A DNA stretch of 63,799 nt, counting the filler, from Octopus bimaculoides (lineage: Eukaryota), in assembly GCF_001194135.2 (NCBI RefSeq). It is 9 parts of 8 records of this genome, joined end to end, with 100 filler letters (N's around TTAATTAATTAA, not from the genome) between each part and the next. Parts side by side here need not be neighbours in the genome. Positions count along the whole stretch, not along the records: positions 1 to 8,524 come from NC_068993.1; positions 8,625 to 16,219 come from NC_068981.1; 7 more parts are not named here. One strand, given 5' to 3'. Of the stretch, positions 1 through 11,329 are shown in pieces. The notes under the pieces were generated by a model that saw only the letters and a program-made list of their open reading frames with translations, had not been told where the DNA came from and ran no database searches. Positions within the stretch are counted from its first letter, which is position 1. Every line of letters begins with the position of its first letter. The position numbers and the translations under genes were made by a program.

Positions 1-138
1 TATATATATTTCCTGTGAAGTAGCTGTTCGGTAAAAAGGAAGCCTTCTTGTACTGGGTCGATTTCTTCCACTGAACTCAAGTCAATAGGCTACTGACTGA
101 GAGAAGCAAGACGATATAATATATATATACATACCTTC

Positions 139-171
<33 letters not shown>

Positions 172-302
172 TGTATGTATGTATGTATGTATGTATGTAT
201 GTATGTATGTACTGGCACTCTTTTAATTTTGACTCTCTATCTTCAGGAGCAGTTACCTCAATCCTTTCTATATTATTATTATTATTATTATTATTATTGT
301 TC

Positions 303-510
303 AGGTGTCGAGCTGACAGAATCGTTAGCACGCCGGGTAAAATGCTTAGGGCCTTTTTGACTGTCTTTAAGCTCAGAGTTCAAATCCCGCTGAGGTTGGC
401 TTTGACTTCCATCATTTTGGTGTCGATAAAAAAATAAGTACCAGTCAAACACTGATCAAACACTTACTCCTCCCCTCAAAATTGCTGGAATTGTGCCAAA
501 ATTTGAAACC
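303..510 (+). mobile_element. tRNA-derived SINE, family A (Meta-like central domain)
   Basis: GAGCTGRCAGAATCGTTAGCACGCCGGG head, GTTCAAATCCC B-box, GTCGATAAA..AAGTACCAG core, TTTGAAACC end; about 12 copies in window. Confidence 0.85.
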
Positions 511-985
511 ATTTTTGTCGTTATTTGCGGCTCATATTTTGGCAAACTGCAGTCTGCGCTTCGCATCAGAAATATCGTCTGACACGCACTGCCCAGTACT
601 AGTTTACCACCGTGGTTGGTGGAAGTTCTACCTTAGATATAGGGACCTAAAAGTGACTAAGTGCGATGACGTTACAGAAGAAATTCTAGATGCCGTTGAG
701 GACGAACTAGTTCTGGTCTGTTTCGAAGGATTTTCGGGCCTAAGACAACTTCACGTAGTTATAAGTGGAACTTCGTTATACCTCTGCAATAACTATATGT
801 CTGTTAAGTTCAATTTTCGCCGAGGCCAATTTTTGATTTTTGAATTTTTTGTTTGTTTTTGTTCTTTTGTTTTGTTTTAGTTTTTTTTTTTTACGTGGTC
901 ATATTTTTACAGCATCGATGAATTACTTTCACAATACAAACGTCAGAAAACAGCACTAATATCATTTTAAACGAATGATACTTAC

Positions 986-1072
986 CATTTAAATACCCTC
1001 GACTTATTGCCCGGGTACCTGATTTAACTTCATAATTTACATGCGGGTACGTGGCACGCATTATCACACATA
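986..1072 (-). CDS. Exon 3 of same gene (ICVIMRATYPHVNYEVKSGTRAISRGYLNG), DUF4773-like
   Basis: Acceptor TTTTCAG|, donor G|GTAAGT, 87 nt, phase 1-1, in frame with exon 2. Confidence 0.7.
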
Positions 1073-1477
1073 CTGAAAATATAAACAAGACAAAAGAACA
1101 AACTTTATTAGTATGAAAAACAAACTCTAAAGCATAAAGAATGGGTTTCTAATAAAATCCCAAGGGCAGCAGCTTCGGTGGGCATAGGATTTGTCATCAC
1201 CATTGGTCCTTGTAATTTACTTGTACTTTATTTTCATTAATACCGAAGGTATGAATGACAGGGTAGATGGCAGTGGGGCATGGACTGAGAACGTAAATGG
1301 AACAAATGCCACAAGTAATTTCTTCCGAAGCTCCAACGATTTCACCCTTCCAAACCCTATTACAAGGAATTATTCTCATTTCGTTATTATAACGAAATAT
1401 CAAAGCGGTGGCAAGTTAGCAGAATCATTAGAGCGCCGGTAAAACTGCTTTGCAATATTCTTTCTGGCCCTTTACTC

Positions 1478-1630
1478 TTTCGCCCCAACTTTCTCTCACA
1501 TTTTTCTTCCTGTTTCTTGAGAAACGCTGCAATGGATTGGCGTCCCGTCCAGCTGGGGATAACAACGTACGCCATAGAAACCGGGAAACCGGGCCCATGA
1601 GCCTGGCTGGGCTTGAAAAGGGCGCATAAA
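1478..1630 (+). mobile_element. SINE 3' portion (also at 44747-44900; related minus-strand piece 3845-3960)
   Basis: Closely similar to 44747-44900 (CTCTTTCGCCCCAACTTTCTCTCAC...CCATAGAAACCGGGAAACCGGGCCCATGAGCC). Confidence 0.75.
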
Positions 1631-1688
1631 AATTATAGATATGAGCACTTGTCTCTTATTATTATTTAATAAGTATTAATGTATTAAC

Positions 1689-2021
1689 AATGGCCCAGTG
1701 GTTAGGGCAGTGGACTCGCGGTCATAGGATCGCGGTTTCGATCACCTAAAAGCTCCACGAGGCCCCGGCAGGGGGTGGTGGCGAACCTTGCTGTACTCTT
1801 ACACCACAACTTTCTCTCACTCTTACTTCCTCTTTCTGTTGTGCCTGTAATTCAAAGGGCCAGCCTTGTCACACTGTGTCACGCTGAATATCCCCGAGAA
1901 CTACGTTAAGGGTACACATGTCTGTAGAGTGCTCAGTCACTTGCACGTTAATTTCACGAGCAGGCTGTTCCGTTGATCGGATCAACTGGAACCCTTGACA
2001 TCGTAAGCGACAGAGTGCCAA
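1689..2021 (+). mobile_element. tRNA-derived SINE, family C
   Basis: A-box TGGCCCAGTGGTTAGG, B-box GGTTTCGATC; 3' body shared with 6470-6743 and 18469-18790. Confidence 0.8.
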
Positions 2022-2104
2022 CATAATATTAACTTAGTGTGTATGCGGGGCAGAGTTCAAAGCGAATCTGCACCAAGCTGCTTCAAACTGTGTAGTTTAG
2101 CACC

Positions 2105-2118
2105 GTTGCCATAGCAAC
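2105..2118. promoter_or_regulatory. RFX X-box motif GTTGCCATAGCAAC
   Basis: 14-bp near-palindrome matching the GTTRCCATRGYAAC consensus, in intron 2. Confidence 0.45.
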
Positions 2119-2227
2119 TGTCCAGATATTTTTGATCAGACCTTATATGTTATCGAGGAAGATTACGCGTTGTAAATGAATAACAAATAATAATGACACA
2201 AAACAAAATAAAAATAAATCTACATAC

Positions 2228-2431
2228 TTTTGCTGGGAATCATATAAAGTTGAAAACAGCAGTTTCCTGTTGTATGATCCCAACTACATTTCATCGACGG
2301 CGCATGATATTTCACATTTATATTTGTATTTTCCAAGGGAAAATCAACTTTGGAATTTTGGATGAGCATTTCATCAACCTTGAGTTCTTCGACAATCTCC
2401 TCTAGATCATTAATCACTTCATCAGTTTTGC
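2228..2431 (-). CDS. Exon 2 of same gene (GKTDEVINDLEEIVEELK...MKCSWDHTTGNCCFQLYMIPSK)
   Basis: Acceptor TTTTCAG|, donor A|GTATGT, 204 nt, phase 1-1, open and in frame with exon 1; C-x7-CC motif. Confidence 0.75.
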
Positions 2432-2683
2432 CTGAAAATATTGTAAAATGCATTTATCAATTGCTTTAATATTTAATGTAAGAGATAATGCAGGAATTTG
2501 TTGATATGTTCTTCTCTTTATACACATTTATATTAATATTTTTTGATGAATGCATTTTTTTTTTACTATTGTTACGTTACAACAAGTTTCAACAAATTTT
2601 TATGAGTGCATATATGTACATGTGTGTGCGTGCGCATGTATGCGTATGTATGTATGTATGTATGTACTATGTATGTCTATATG

Positions 2684-2885
2684 GTCGAGGGCGTATCTTC
2701 TAGTGTTTAGGGTGTTGCAATCACGATCGCCAGACGTTGGTTCAATTCCTGGACCGGGTTATGCGATGTGTCTTTGAACAAAACATTTCATCTCACATTG
2801 ACCTGTGATCACTTCCAGACAGAACGAGTTGTACACCGTGCACCTGTTCAGGTAAGGTCGATCTGGTTGTTGGAAGGAGTTGGCA
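2684..2885 (+). mobile_element. Degenerate tRNA-derived CORE-like SINE
   Basis: GGTTCAATTCC B-box followed by TGTGTCTTTGAACAAAACA core-like segment. Confidence 0.55.
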
Positions 2886-3018
2886 CATACATTTTATCAT
2901 TATAAGCATATCATTTGTGCAAGAAATAGCAGAAAAGCCTTTGTTTTGTCCATGTATGTATGTATGTATGTATGCATGCATGTATGTATGTATGTATGTA
3001 TGTATGCATGCATGTATG

Positions 3019-3063
<45 letters not shown>

Positions 3064-3066
<3 letters not shown>

Positions 3067-3462
3067 TGCAGGCGTGGCTGTGTGGTAAGTAGCTTGCTTA
3101 CCAACCACATGGTTTCGGGTTCAGTCCCACTGCGTAGCACCTTGGGCAAGTGCCTTCTACCATAACCTCAAGCCGAGTAAAGTCTTGTGAGTGGATTTGG
3201 TAGATGGAAACTGAAAGAAGCCCATCGTATATATCTATGTATGCTTTTATTGAGTTAGTGTTTGTGTTCCCCCACAAACACACCATCGCTTGACATCTGA
3301 TGCTGGTGTGCTTACGACCCCCGTAACTTAGCGGTTCGGCCAAAGAGACAGATGAAATAAGTACTAAGCTTACAAAGAATAAGTCCTGGGATCGATATTT
3401 GTTCGACTAAAGGCAGTGCTCCAGCATGGCCGCAGTCAAATGACTGAACAAGTAAAAGAAAA
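3064..3462 (+). mobile_element. tRNA-derived CORE-like SINE, family B (OR1/OR2-like), full length
   Basis: GGCGTGGCTGTGTGGTAAG head, CACCTTGGGCAAGTG core, internal microsatellite, CCAGCATGGCCGCAGTCAAATGACTGAA tail. Confidence 0.85.
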
Positions 3463-4335
3463 GCGGTAAAAAAATAGTGTATGTTCTCTTTTGTTTTTAA
3501 TTGTCTAAATTCTTCCGCTGAAGAAGGAACTGGTTTTTTACGGTGATAGAAACCTGCATCGTTGAAATGCACATAACGAAAACAATGTCACATTTTAAAT
3601 TTGACAATAAATTCGCATATTTTCACTGTTCCACTTACAGACTGTATTGTATTGTGCGAATTAGTTCGTTGATTTCGTTTTCTGATTATTTACAAAACCA
3701 AATGTACCTAATATGATTGGTATAAATGTAAATTAGTAATTAGGGAAGAGGAATTGGACGTTTAGAAGCGAAATAGTTGACAATAGTTATCTTCTTTCTC
3801 ATTGATTTTCAAAGTAATATTCTCATCAGCAAGACAACTGACCTCTCTGGCGTTTTTTCTCGTGCCCTGGGCTCATATAGCCCAGTTACCCGGTTTCTAT
3901 CGGTGACACTCCCTCTGAATGGAATGTCAGTTCGTTCCAAGATCCAAGGCCAGGTACTTTGAGGAGAGGGTCAGTACTTTATTTTATTGACCACGAACGA
4001 AACGATGAAAGAAACAGCTGATTTGGTGGGATTTGATCTCGATGTGTAAAGAACCGGAAGAAATGCCACTTAGCAATTTGTTCGACGCTCTAACGATTCT
4101 ATGGGTTCACCTACACTAATTAGTTAACATACATGTATTCATATATTATATAAATGAGTTAAATATTATTTAATCCGAATCACACTGCCTGAACTTCGTT
4201 TGGACTTCAAGAATCACTCTACGAACCCCGTACGAAAATTATTTATAGTTCAACAATAAAGATAAATATATTTTCAAGGATTTCAGAATTCTCTATCATT
4301 CACTCTGCGCTTATGTTGGAACACCGCCTTCCACC

Positions 4336-4399
<64 letters not shown>

Positions 4400-4729
4400 A
4401 TAATCATAAATTGTATATATTCAAGGATCCGATTTCTTTCCCATTGTATCTTGATCTCCTATTTGATAAACTCACATACACGCGGGCGCGCAGACATACA
4501 CATACATAAACACACACATACACACACACACTCACGTGCACACTTACACGTACACACACACACGTGCATGTACACATACACATATATAAATATATATATA
4601 TATATTTATATATACATACACATATATAAATATATATATATATTTATATATACATACACATATATAAATATATATATATATTTATATACGCACACACGCA
4701 CACGCACACACACACACACACATATATAT

Positions 4730-4943
4730 TTCGTTTTGGGGTTTGGTTTACAAGATTCTTTATGTGAGTTCGTGTGTTGAAGCATATTCTGTTGTGTCTC
4801 GGAAGAGTCATTCTCTTTTGGTGCCTTATAATTTAACACACTCACCGGTAAAATTTCCACTTATTTTGAGTCAAAACTATTGAAAAGGTTGCAAGACGCA
4901 ACGAAAATTTTAGAAAAGTAAAGAAATAAGTGGAAATTTTACC
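4730..4943. mobile_element. Foldback/MITE-like element copy 1
   Basis: Perfect 20-bp inverted repeat 4847-4866/4924-4943; arm shared with 22556-22790. Confidence 0.65.
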
Positions 4944-5015
4944 ATGTATATGTGTATATTTTGGCTGTATGTATGTATGTATGTATGTATGTATGTATGT
5001 ATGCAGGTGTTTTTG

Positions 5016-5220
5016 TATCTGCGTTTGTCCTCCACCACTGCTTGACAAACTTTGTTGGTGTATTTATGTCACCTTAGCTTTCTGGTTCGGCAAAAGAAAA
5101 CAACAGAATAAGTAGAATTCGTAAAAAAATTTTAATACTGGGGTTCTATTCCATTGACTATAATTCTTCAAGCCGATGCCCCAGCATGGCCGCAGTCTAA
5201 TGACTGAAACAAGTAAAATT
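5016..5220 (+). mobile_element. SINE family B 3' half
   Basis: CCACCACTGCTTGACAA...CCAGCATGGCCGCAGTCTAATGACTGAAACAAGTAAAA. Confidence 0.75.
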
Positions 5221-5398
5221 TAAAAGATTCAAATACATATCTGTGTGAGTGTATGAACGTGTATGAATATATACATATTTATGTATCTATATTTTTGTGT
5301 AGCTATCTAACTCTCTCTATTTGCTTGTCTGCCTATATATAATAGATAGCTAATATGTATACATATCTATATTATGTTGTAAGAGATGAAACACTTAC

Positions 5399-5486
5399 CT
5401 TCGCTTATCTCCGGCGCCATATTCACCACAGCACATGTTCCTAAAGAGAACAGCAGGGCCAAGTAAAAAACTGTACTGGTCATCAT
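5399..5486 (-). CDS. Exon 1 of spliced secreted-protein gene (signal peptide MMTSTVFYLALLFSLGTCAVVNMAPEISE)
   Basis: ATG at 5486, 29 codons + 1 nt, hydrophobic leader, donor G|GTAAGT at 5398; TATA box about 115 bp upstream. Confidence 0.75.
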
Positions 5487-5601
5487 GATGGTAATGATTT
5501 CAATTTTCTATTCTCAAAATTCGTCACGGGATCGTTCGCTAATGAGAAAGAAGCTTCGGCCAAAGAGACGCGAATGGATAACATTTCGACGGAATCTTTC
5601 G

Positions 5602-5609
5602 TATTTATA
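5602..5609 (-). promoter_or_regulatory. TATA box (TATAAATA) of the secreted-protein gene
   Basis: Minus strand reads TATAAATA, with an initiator-like TCCATTC about 28 nt downstream and the ATG about 90 nt further. Confidence 0.55.
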
Positions 5610-5861
5610 ACGTTGGCCTACAAGTGGATATATGTTTCAAGTACAACAATACAAAAGGCTCAGGAACACCTATAAAAAGAAAATATTTAGGATAGGTCTC
5701 CTAAGCTTTGTTAATACATTTCCTAAAATACTAATTAAAAAGTTGAAACAAAATCAAAACAACACGGAAAAGAAAATGCGTTGAAGTATATTTCCTCTTC
5801 AGAGTTCAAAAGTTTGCTGTGATCAGCCTGAGTTCAAATTTGGTTCGACAAAGTTTTCTTA

Positions 5862-6100
5862 TTTCTTTATTGCCCACAAGGGGTTAAACATAGAGGGGAC
5901 AAACAAGGACAGACAAAGAGATTAAGTCGATTACATCGACCCCAGTGCGTAACTGGTACTTAATTTATAGTACCCCGAAAGGATGAAAGGCAAAGTCGAC
6001 CTCGGCGGAATTTGAACTCAGAACATAAAGACAGACAGACGAACTACCACTCAACATTTCGCCCGGCGTGCTAACGTTTCTGCCAGCTTCTCGCCGCCTT
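5862..6100 (-). mobile_element. SINE family A
   Basis: Reverse complement of the family A consensus. Confidence 0.85.
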
Positions 6101-6156
6101 GGTTCCATAAAGTTTTCTACTTATGAAGTATTGGTGTCGGTGATATTGTTGTTGCT

Positions 6157-6372
6157 AAGGCGGCGAGCTGGCAGAAACGTTAACACGTCGGGCGGAACGC
6201 TTTGCGGTATTTCGTCTGTCTTTACGTTCTGAGTTCAAATTTCGCCGAGGTCGACTTTGCCTTTCATTCTTTTGGGCTCGATTAATTAAGTACCAGTTGC
6301 GTACTGGGGTCGATCTAATCGACTGGCCTCCTCTCCCAAAATTTCAGATCTTGTACCTAGAATAGAAAAGAA
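6157..6372 (+). mobile_element. SINE family A
   Basis: AAGGCGGCGAGCTGGCAGAAACG...GTACCAGTTGCGTACTGGGGTCG...AATAGAAAAG. Confidence 0.9.
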
Positions 6373-6469
6373 TTGTTGTTGATGTTGTTACTGCTGCTCT
6401 TTTTGTTGTTGTGTCATCATCGTCGTCGTCGTCATCAACATCATCATTATCATCATCATTATCATCAGT

Positions 6470-6743
6470 GAAAGCGCGTGGCTTAGTGGTTAGGGTATTC
6501 GGCTCATGATCGTAAGGTTGTGAGTTCGATTCCCGGCGGTGCTTAGGCCAATGTTATCCATTTCATGTTGTGCCATCCACCCAACTGGCAAAAATTAGTT
6601 GTACCTGTGTTTCAAAGAGCCTGCTTTGTCCCCTTCTGTGTGATATTGAGAGCTACATTAAGGGTACGCGTGCTTGTGGTGTGATCAGCCACTTGCACAT
6701 TAATTTCAGAAGGAAAAGGATGTTCCGTTGATCGGATTAACTG
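6470..6743 (+). mobile_element. SINE family C
   Basis: GCGCGTGGCTTAGTGGTTAGGG A-box, GAGTTCGATTCCC B-box, shared 3' body. Confidence 0.8.
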
Positions 6744-7280
6744 CAAAATACAGGTATTGTGGTCGATTCGTTCGTCTAAAATTGTTCAATGTTGTGTCCC
6801 AGCATAATTGCAGTAGAGAGAACCAAATAAAAAATAAAGGATACCTGACTATCCCCCACTTTAAAGCATCTGGTTGTATATCCATGTTGGAAATAGTTTG
6901 TGTATTGCGCAAGTATGATATCTGTAGATGAGTCACTTCTTAAATACGCAAAAGTTCAGAACTGCAGTTATGCATGCAAATAACCTTCTGGCTTTACTTT
7001 GCAAATCAATATTCATAAAGATGACATTAGACTAGGCCAATAATACGAAAGAGGAAGCAAGATATATTCTGTTATGGGTTCGATATCCTTTAGTTCCTAT
7101 AGCAGCCCTGCATGCATTGTCGAAGACGGAGGTAGACGGAGGCAGACAGAGAAATGGTGTGTCACCAAGCCACGAGATTAGAAGTTCCGTAGTTAATAAT
7201 GTAAAAGAACCCAGAGAACTTCTTCGGAATTTCTTTGTACCTTTTTTTTATTTTAATTTTAGGACCTCTCTTTTACGGTT

Positions 7281-7381
7281 GATGAACTTAGATAGAATTA
7301 AGAGGAATTAAATTCATTAGTTTGAATCTCTTTAACAATTCAAAATAATGAATTTAATTCCTCTTAATTCCTCAGTTCATC
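7281..7381. repeat. About 100-nt near-perfect hairpin
   Basis: Perfect 25-bp inverted repeat 7295-7319/7346-7370 plus 7-bp inner and 8-bp outer stems. Confidence 0.85.
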
Positions 7382-7707
7382 TAATTGTATTAATTTATCG
7401 CTAATTTTCATTAAAAAAACCTTTATCTATTTTTTTTTTTTTGATATTCAATGTGCATTTTCGCTTTTTTCTTCTTATTTTCCATANNNNNNNNNNNNNN
7501 NNNNNNNNNNNNNNNNNNNNNNNNNNNNNNNNNNNNNNNNNNNNNNNNNNNNNNNNNNNNNNNNNNNNNNNNNNNNNNNNNNNNNNNNNNNNNNNNNNNN
7601 NNNNNNNNNNNNNNNNNNNNNNNNNNNNNNNNNNNNNNNNNNNNNNNNNNNNNNNNNNNNNNNNNNNNNNNNNNNNNNNNNNNNNNNNNNNNNNNNNNNN
7701 NNNNNNN

Positions 7708-7742
<35 letters not shown>

Positions 7743-7954
7743 CCGGCGGATACAAGCAAAGAGAAAAGGCAGATGCTTAAATTGATAGTGTAGCAGACAA
7801 AAGAGCGGAGATTATATATACACTCAAATACAATCCCTATACTGAGGGACTGGTTATCATCCTTATCATTATGTTTTTGTTAAGTTGTTTACAAACTAAT
7901 TTTAATGTACTTAACCATACATGATTTACATGGGATGAACAAGCTCCATTTTCC

Positions 7955-7998
<44 letters not shown>

Positions 7999-8067
7999 CG
8001 GCGGCGGCGGCGGCGGTGGTGGTGGTGGTGGTGGGTCTTGGCAACGATGATGATCATAATGATGATC

Positions 8068-8258
8068 GTTGGCAGACTCGTTAGTGCTACGGACGAGGTG
8101 CTGTATAAGAATTTCTTCCGGATCTCTACATTCGAAGTTCAAATTCCACCGTCACTGACTTTGCCTTTCATCGTTTTGGAACCGATAAAATAAATACCAG
8201 TCGAGTACTGTGATCAATATTATCGTTTAACTCTGGAATTGTGTCGAAATTTGAAACC
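8068..8258 (+). mobile_element. SINE family A, diverged
   Basis: GTTCAAATTCC, TTTGCCTTTCATC, ATAAATACCAG, TTTGAAACC. Confidence 0.7.
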
Positions 8259-8289
8259 ATGATTATAATTATTGTTGTTGCTGTTGTTG

Positions 8290-8292
<3 letters not shown>

Positions 8293-8327
<35 letters not shown>

Positions 8328-8524
8328 TAGTTTTATTTTTATAACGTGCTTTCACTTCACTACCGAGCGCAGCTCTGTGCGCCTTGGGTATGTGCTGTGG
8401 TTTGCTGTGGTGCTCTTATGTTTACTGTATTGAAAGTGTTTTGCGTAGGATGTGTGCAGTACCCAGTAGTGCAATTTTCTGTATGTTATATATATTTGTA
8501 AGTCCTGCTATTTTTGTTATGTAT
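8293..8524 (-). mobile_element. R4/Dong-type LINE 3' end with (AAT)n tail
   Basis: Minus strand encodes QKIALLGTAHILRKTLSIQ*, a typical restriction-like-endonuclease LINE C-terminus, then 3' UTR and (AAT)n. Confidence 0.75.
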
Positions 8525-8624
8525 NNNNNNNNNNNNNNNNNNNNNNNNNNNNNNNNNNNNNNNNNNNNTTAATTAATTAANNNNNNNNNNNNNNNNNNNN
8601 NNNNNNNNNNNNNNNNNNNNNNNN
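8525..8624. other. Artificial 100-bp assembly spacer N44-TTAATTAATTAA-N44 (also 16220, 29780, 32533, 44647, 52163, 59315, 61514)
   Basis: Identical length and a six-frame-stop core at eight positions. Confidence 0.95.
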
Positions 8625-8635
8625 GTAGAATGAAG

Positions 8636-8830
8636 GGAAGAGAAAGAAGAAGAAAGAGAGGAAGAAGAAGGAAGAAGAAGAAGAAGAAGAAGAAGAAGAA
8701 GAAGAAGAAGAAGAAGAAGAAGACGTAGAAGAAGAAAAAGAAGAAGAAGAAGAAGAAGAAGAAGAAGAAAAAGAAGAAGAAAAAGAAGAAGAAAAAGAAG
8801 AAGAAGAGGGAGGAGGAGGAGGAGGAGAGG
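8636..8830. repeat. (GAA)n/(GGA)n microsatellite
   Basis: Direct reading. Confidence 0.95.
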
Positions 8831-9139
8831 AAGACAAAATGGGAGAGGAAGAAGTAAATACTGTGGGTAGGGCTGCATATAGCAAAACAGTTTATCCAGT
8901 CGTATGTTGGCGGTGTGTCAGACCAGTGCAGGCAGAGCCATTCTTGCCAAAATTCGTCCGATCGAAGAGGATGTATTTAACTACACAGCAGCATTAGTCT
9001 GCGACAACTTAAAGTGAAAATATCTATTGAATAGATAACTAGACAATCGTCCGAAGTCAAAGAATGACAATGTTAAAGATGTATGTCGTGGGGGTACCTA
9101 ATCTATGAGCATAGTGTGTTTCGGCACTAAAAGCCGAAC

Positions 9140-9319
9140 ATACATACAGAAATGTACACAAGTGTACACACACATATATATGCACTCATGGAGACGCAGA
9201 CACATAGGCATACTCACACACCGACCCACAAATACACGCACTCGCATATATACAAACATGCACACACATACGCAAACACACTCTCAAATACGCACACACC
9301 CACGGACCAACACAGCATG

Positions 9320-9373
<54 letters not shown>

Positions 9374-9630
9374 TGTGTGTGTGTGTCTACATGCATACGC
9401 ACATATATATATAAATTCATACACGCACACACACTCACAAACTCGCACGCGATCGTATATGTATATCAGTACATACATACAGATAGGTCTATACGTACAT
9501 ACATACAAACAGACATACATACACACATGCATACATATGTACATACATGCACACACATATACATACACATATACATACATACACAGATACATACACAAAT
9601 GCACACACACACACACACATACACACACAC

Positions 9631-9661
<31 letters not shown>

Positions 9662-9900
9662 CGTGTGTGTGTGTGCGTGTGTATGTGTGTGTGTGTATAT
9701 ATATATGTACCTACACAAACACACAGATACACACACACATATACAAGTACATACATACATATATATATACATATTTATATATATATATATATATATGTAC
9801 ATATATATATATATATATACATACACCCATGTATATATATATATATATATANNNNNNNNNNTATATATATATATATATATATATGTACATACACCCACAT
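9140..9900. repeat. Compound (AC)/(AT)/(GT) microsatellite region
   Basis: Direct reading; source of several spurious ORFs. Confidence 0.95.
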
Positions 9901-10283
9901 ATATCCTCCGAAATATATTTGCACAGACATTAGTAGTGGCAAATTAATCAGAGATTCGACAGGACAATTGCGAACTATACCAAATTAAACAGCTAAGGTT
10001 TAATTAAATGAAAAAAAAAAAACCAAATTACGGGTGATACAGATATATCTCTATCCATACACACTTATACCTGCGCACACAAATACCTACATATATCCAA
10101 GCGCATGCACATATACAAATATACGCAAACGAATACATATATACATCCATAAGAACACTTACTCAAACACACAGAGCCATATGCAAAAATAAATTTATAC
10201 GTAGAAAGGGAGATACTTATGCGTACATATCAACACAAATATGCACATACGTACAAAAAAATATGCATATATATCTATATATG

Positions 10284-10329
<46 letters not shown>

Positions 10330-11329
10330 ACCCGGAATTTGTGGGAAGAGCTTTATATATGTATATATGCATATATATATATATACTTGCATATGTATAT
10401 ATATATATATATATATACACATATATATNNNNNNNNNNNNNNNNNNNNNNNNNNNNNNNNNNNNNNNNNNNNNNNNNNNNNNNNNNNNNNNNNNNNNNNN
10501 NNNNNNNNNNNNNNNNNNNNNNNNNNNNNNNNNNNNNNNNNNNNNNNNNNNNNNNNNNNNNNNNNNNNNNNNNNNNNNNNNNNNNNNNNNNNNNNNNNNN
10601 NNNNNNNNNNNNNNNNNNNNNNNNNNNNNNNNNNNNNNNNNNNNNNNNNNNNNNNNNNNNNNNNNNNNNNNNNNNNNNNNNNNNNNNNNNNNNNNNNNNN
10701 NNNNNNNNNNNNNNNNNNNNNNNNNNNNNNNNNNNNNNNNNNNNNNNNNNNNNNNNNNNNNNNNNNNNNNNNNNNNNNNNNNNNNNNNNNNNNNNNNNNN
10801 NNNNNNNNNNNNNNNNNNNNNNNNNNNNNNNNNNNNNNNNNNNNNNNNNNNNNNNNNNNNNNNNNNNNNNNNNNNNNNNNNNNNNNNNNNNNNNNNNNNN
10901 NNNNNNNNNNNNNNNNNNNNNNNNNNNNNNNNNNNNNNNNNNNNNNNNNNNNNNNNNNNNNNNNNNNNNNNNNNNNNNNNNNNNNNNNNNNNNNNNNNNN
11001 NNNNNNNNNNNNNNNNNNNNNNNNNNNNNNNNNNNNNNNNNNNNNNNNNNNNNNNNNNNNNNNNNNNNNNNNNNNNNNNNNNNNNNNNNNNNNNNNNNNN
11101 NNNNNNNNNNNNNNNNNNNNNNNNNNNNNNNNNNNNNNNNNNNNNNNNNNNNNNNNNNNNNNNNNNNNNNNNNNNNNNNNNNNNNNNNNNNNNNNNNNNN
11201 NNNNNNNNNNNNNNNNNNNNNNNNNNNNNNNNNNNNNNNNNNNNNNNNNNNNNNNNNNNGAGAGTCACGTTAGAAAAATAGTTAAAATCTTACTGTATAA
11301 AGGTAACGCGTGCGTTCTGTCGTGATACA

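Noticed and set aside
1-113. Unique sequence resembling an snRNA or an exon (PIDLSSVEEIDPVQEGFLFTEQLL on minus)
   Set aside because: No match to spliceosomal RNA motifs I know; all phase-1 acceptors hit stops within 7 codons; truncated by the window edge.
482-880. Plus-strand 132-aa ORF
   Set aside because: Starts at TTG inside a SINE tail, ends in a T-rich tract, and has no recognisable domain; left unexplained.
1191-1442. Plus-strand ORF with a hydrophobic start and N-glycosylation-like motifs (NGT, NAT, NYS)
   Set aside because: TTG start, ends in a SINE head, lies antisense in an intron, and has no consistent splice sites.
8569-8580. TTAATTAATTAA recurring with regular flanks, resembling a repeat array or binding site
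   Set aside because: Synthetic linker embedded in N44 on both sides.
9105-9988. Long ORFs rich in HT/YI/CV dipeptides (also 137-437, 2880-3165, 4313-4780, 36143-36632, 59740-60133)
   Set aside because: Translations of (AC)n, (AT)n and (ATGT)n microsatellites; no protein features.
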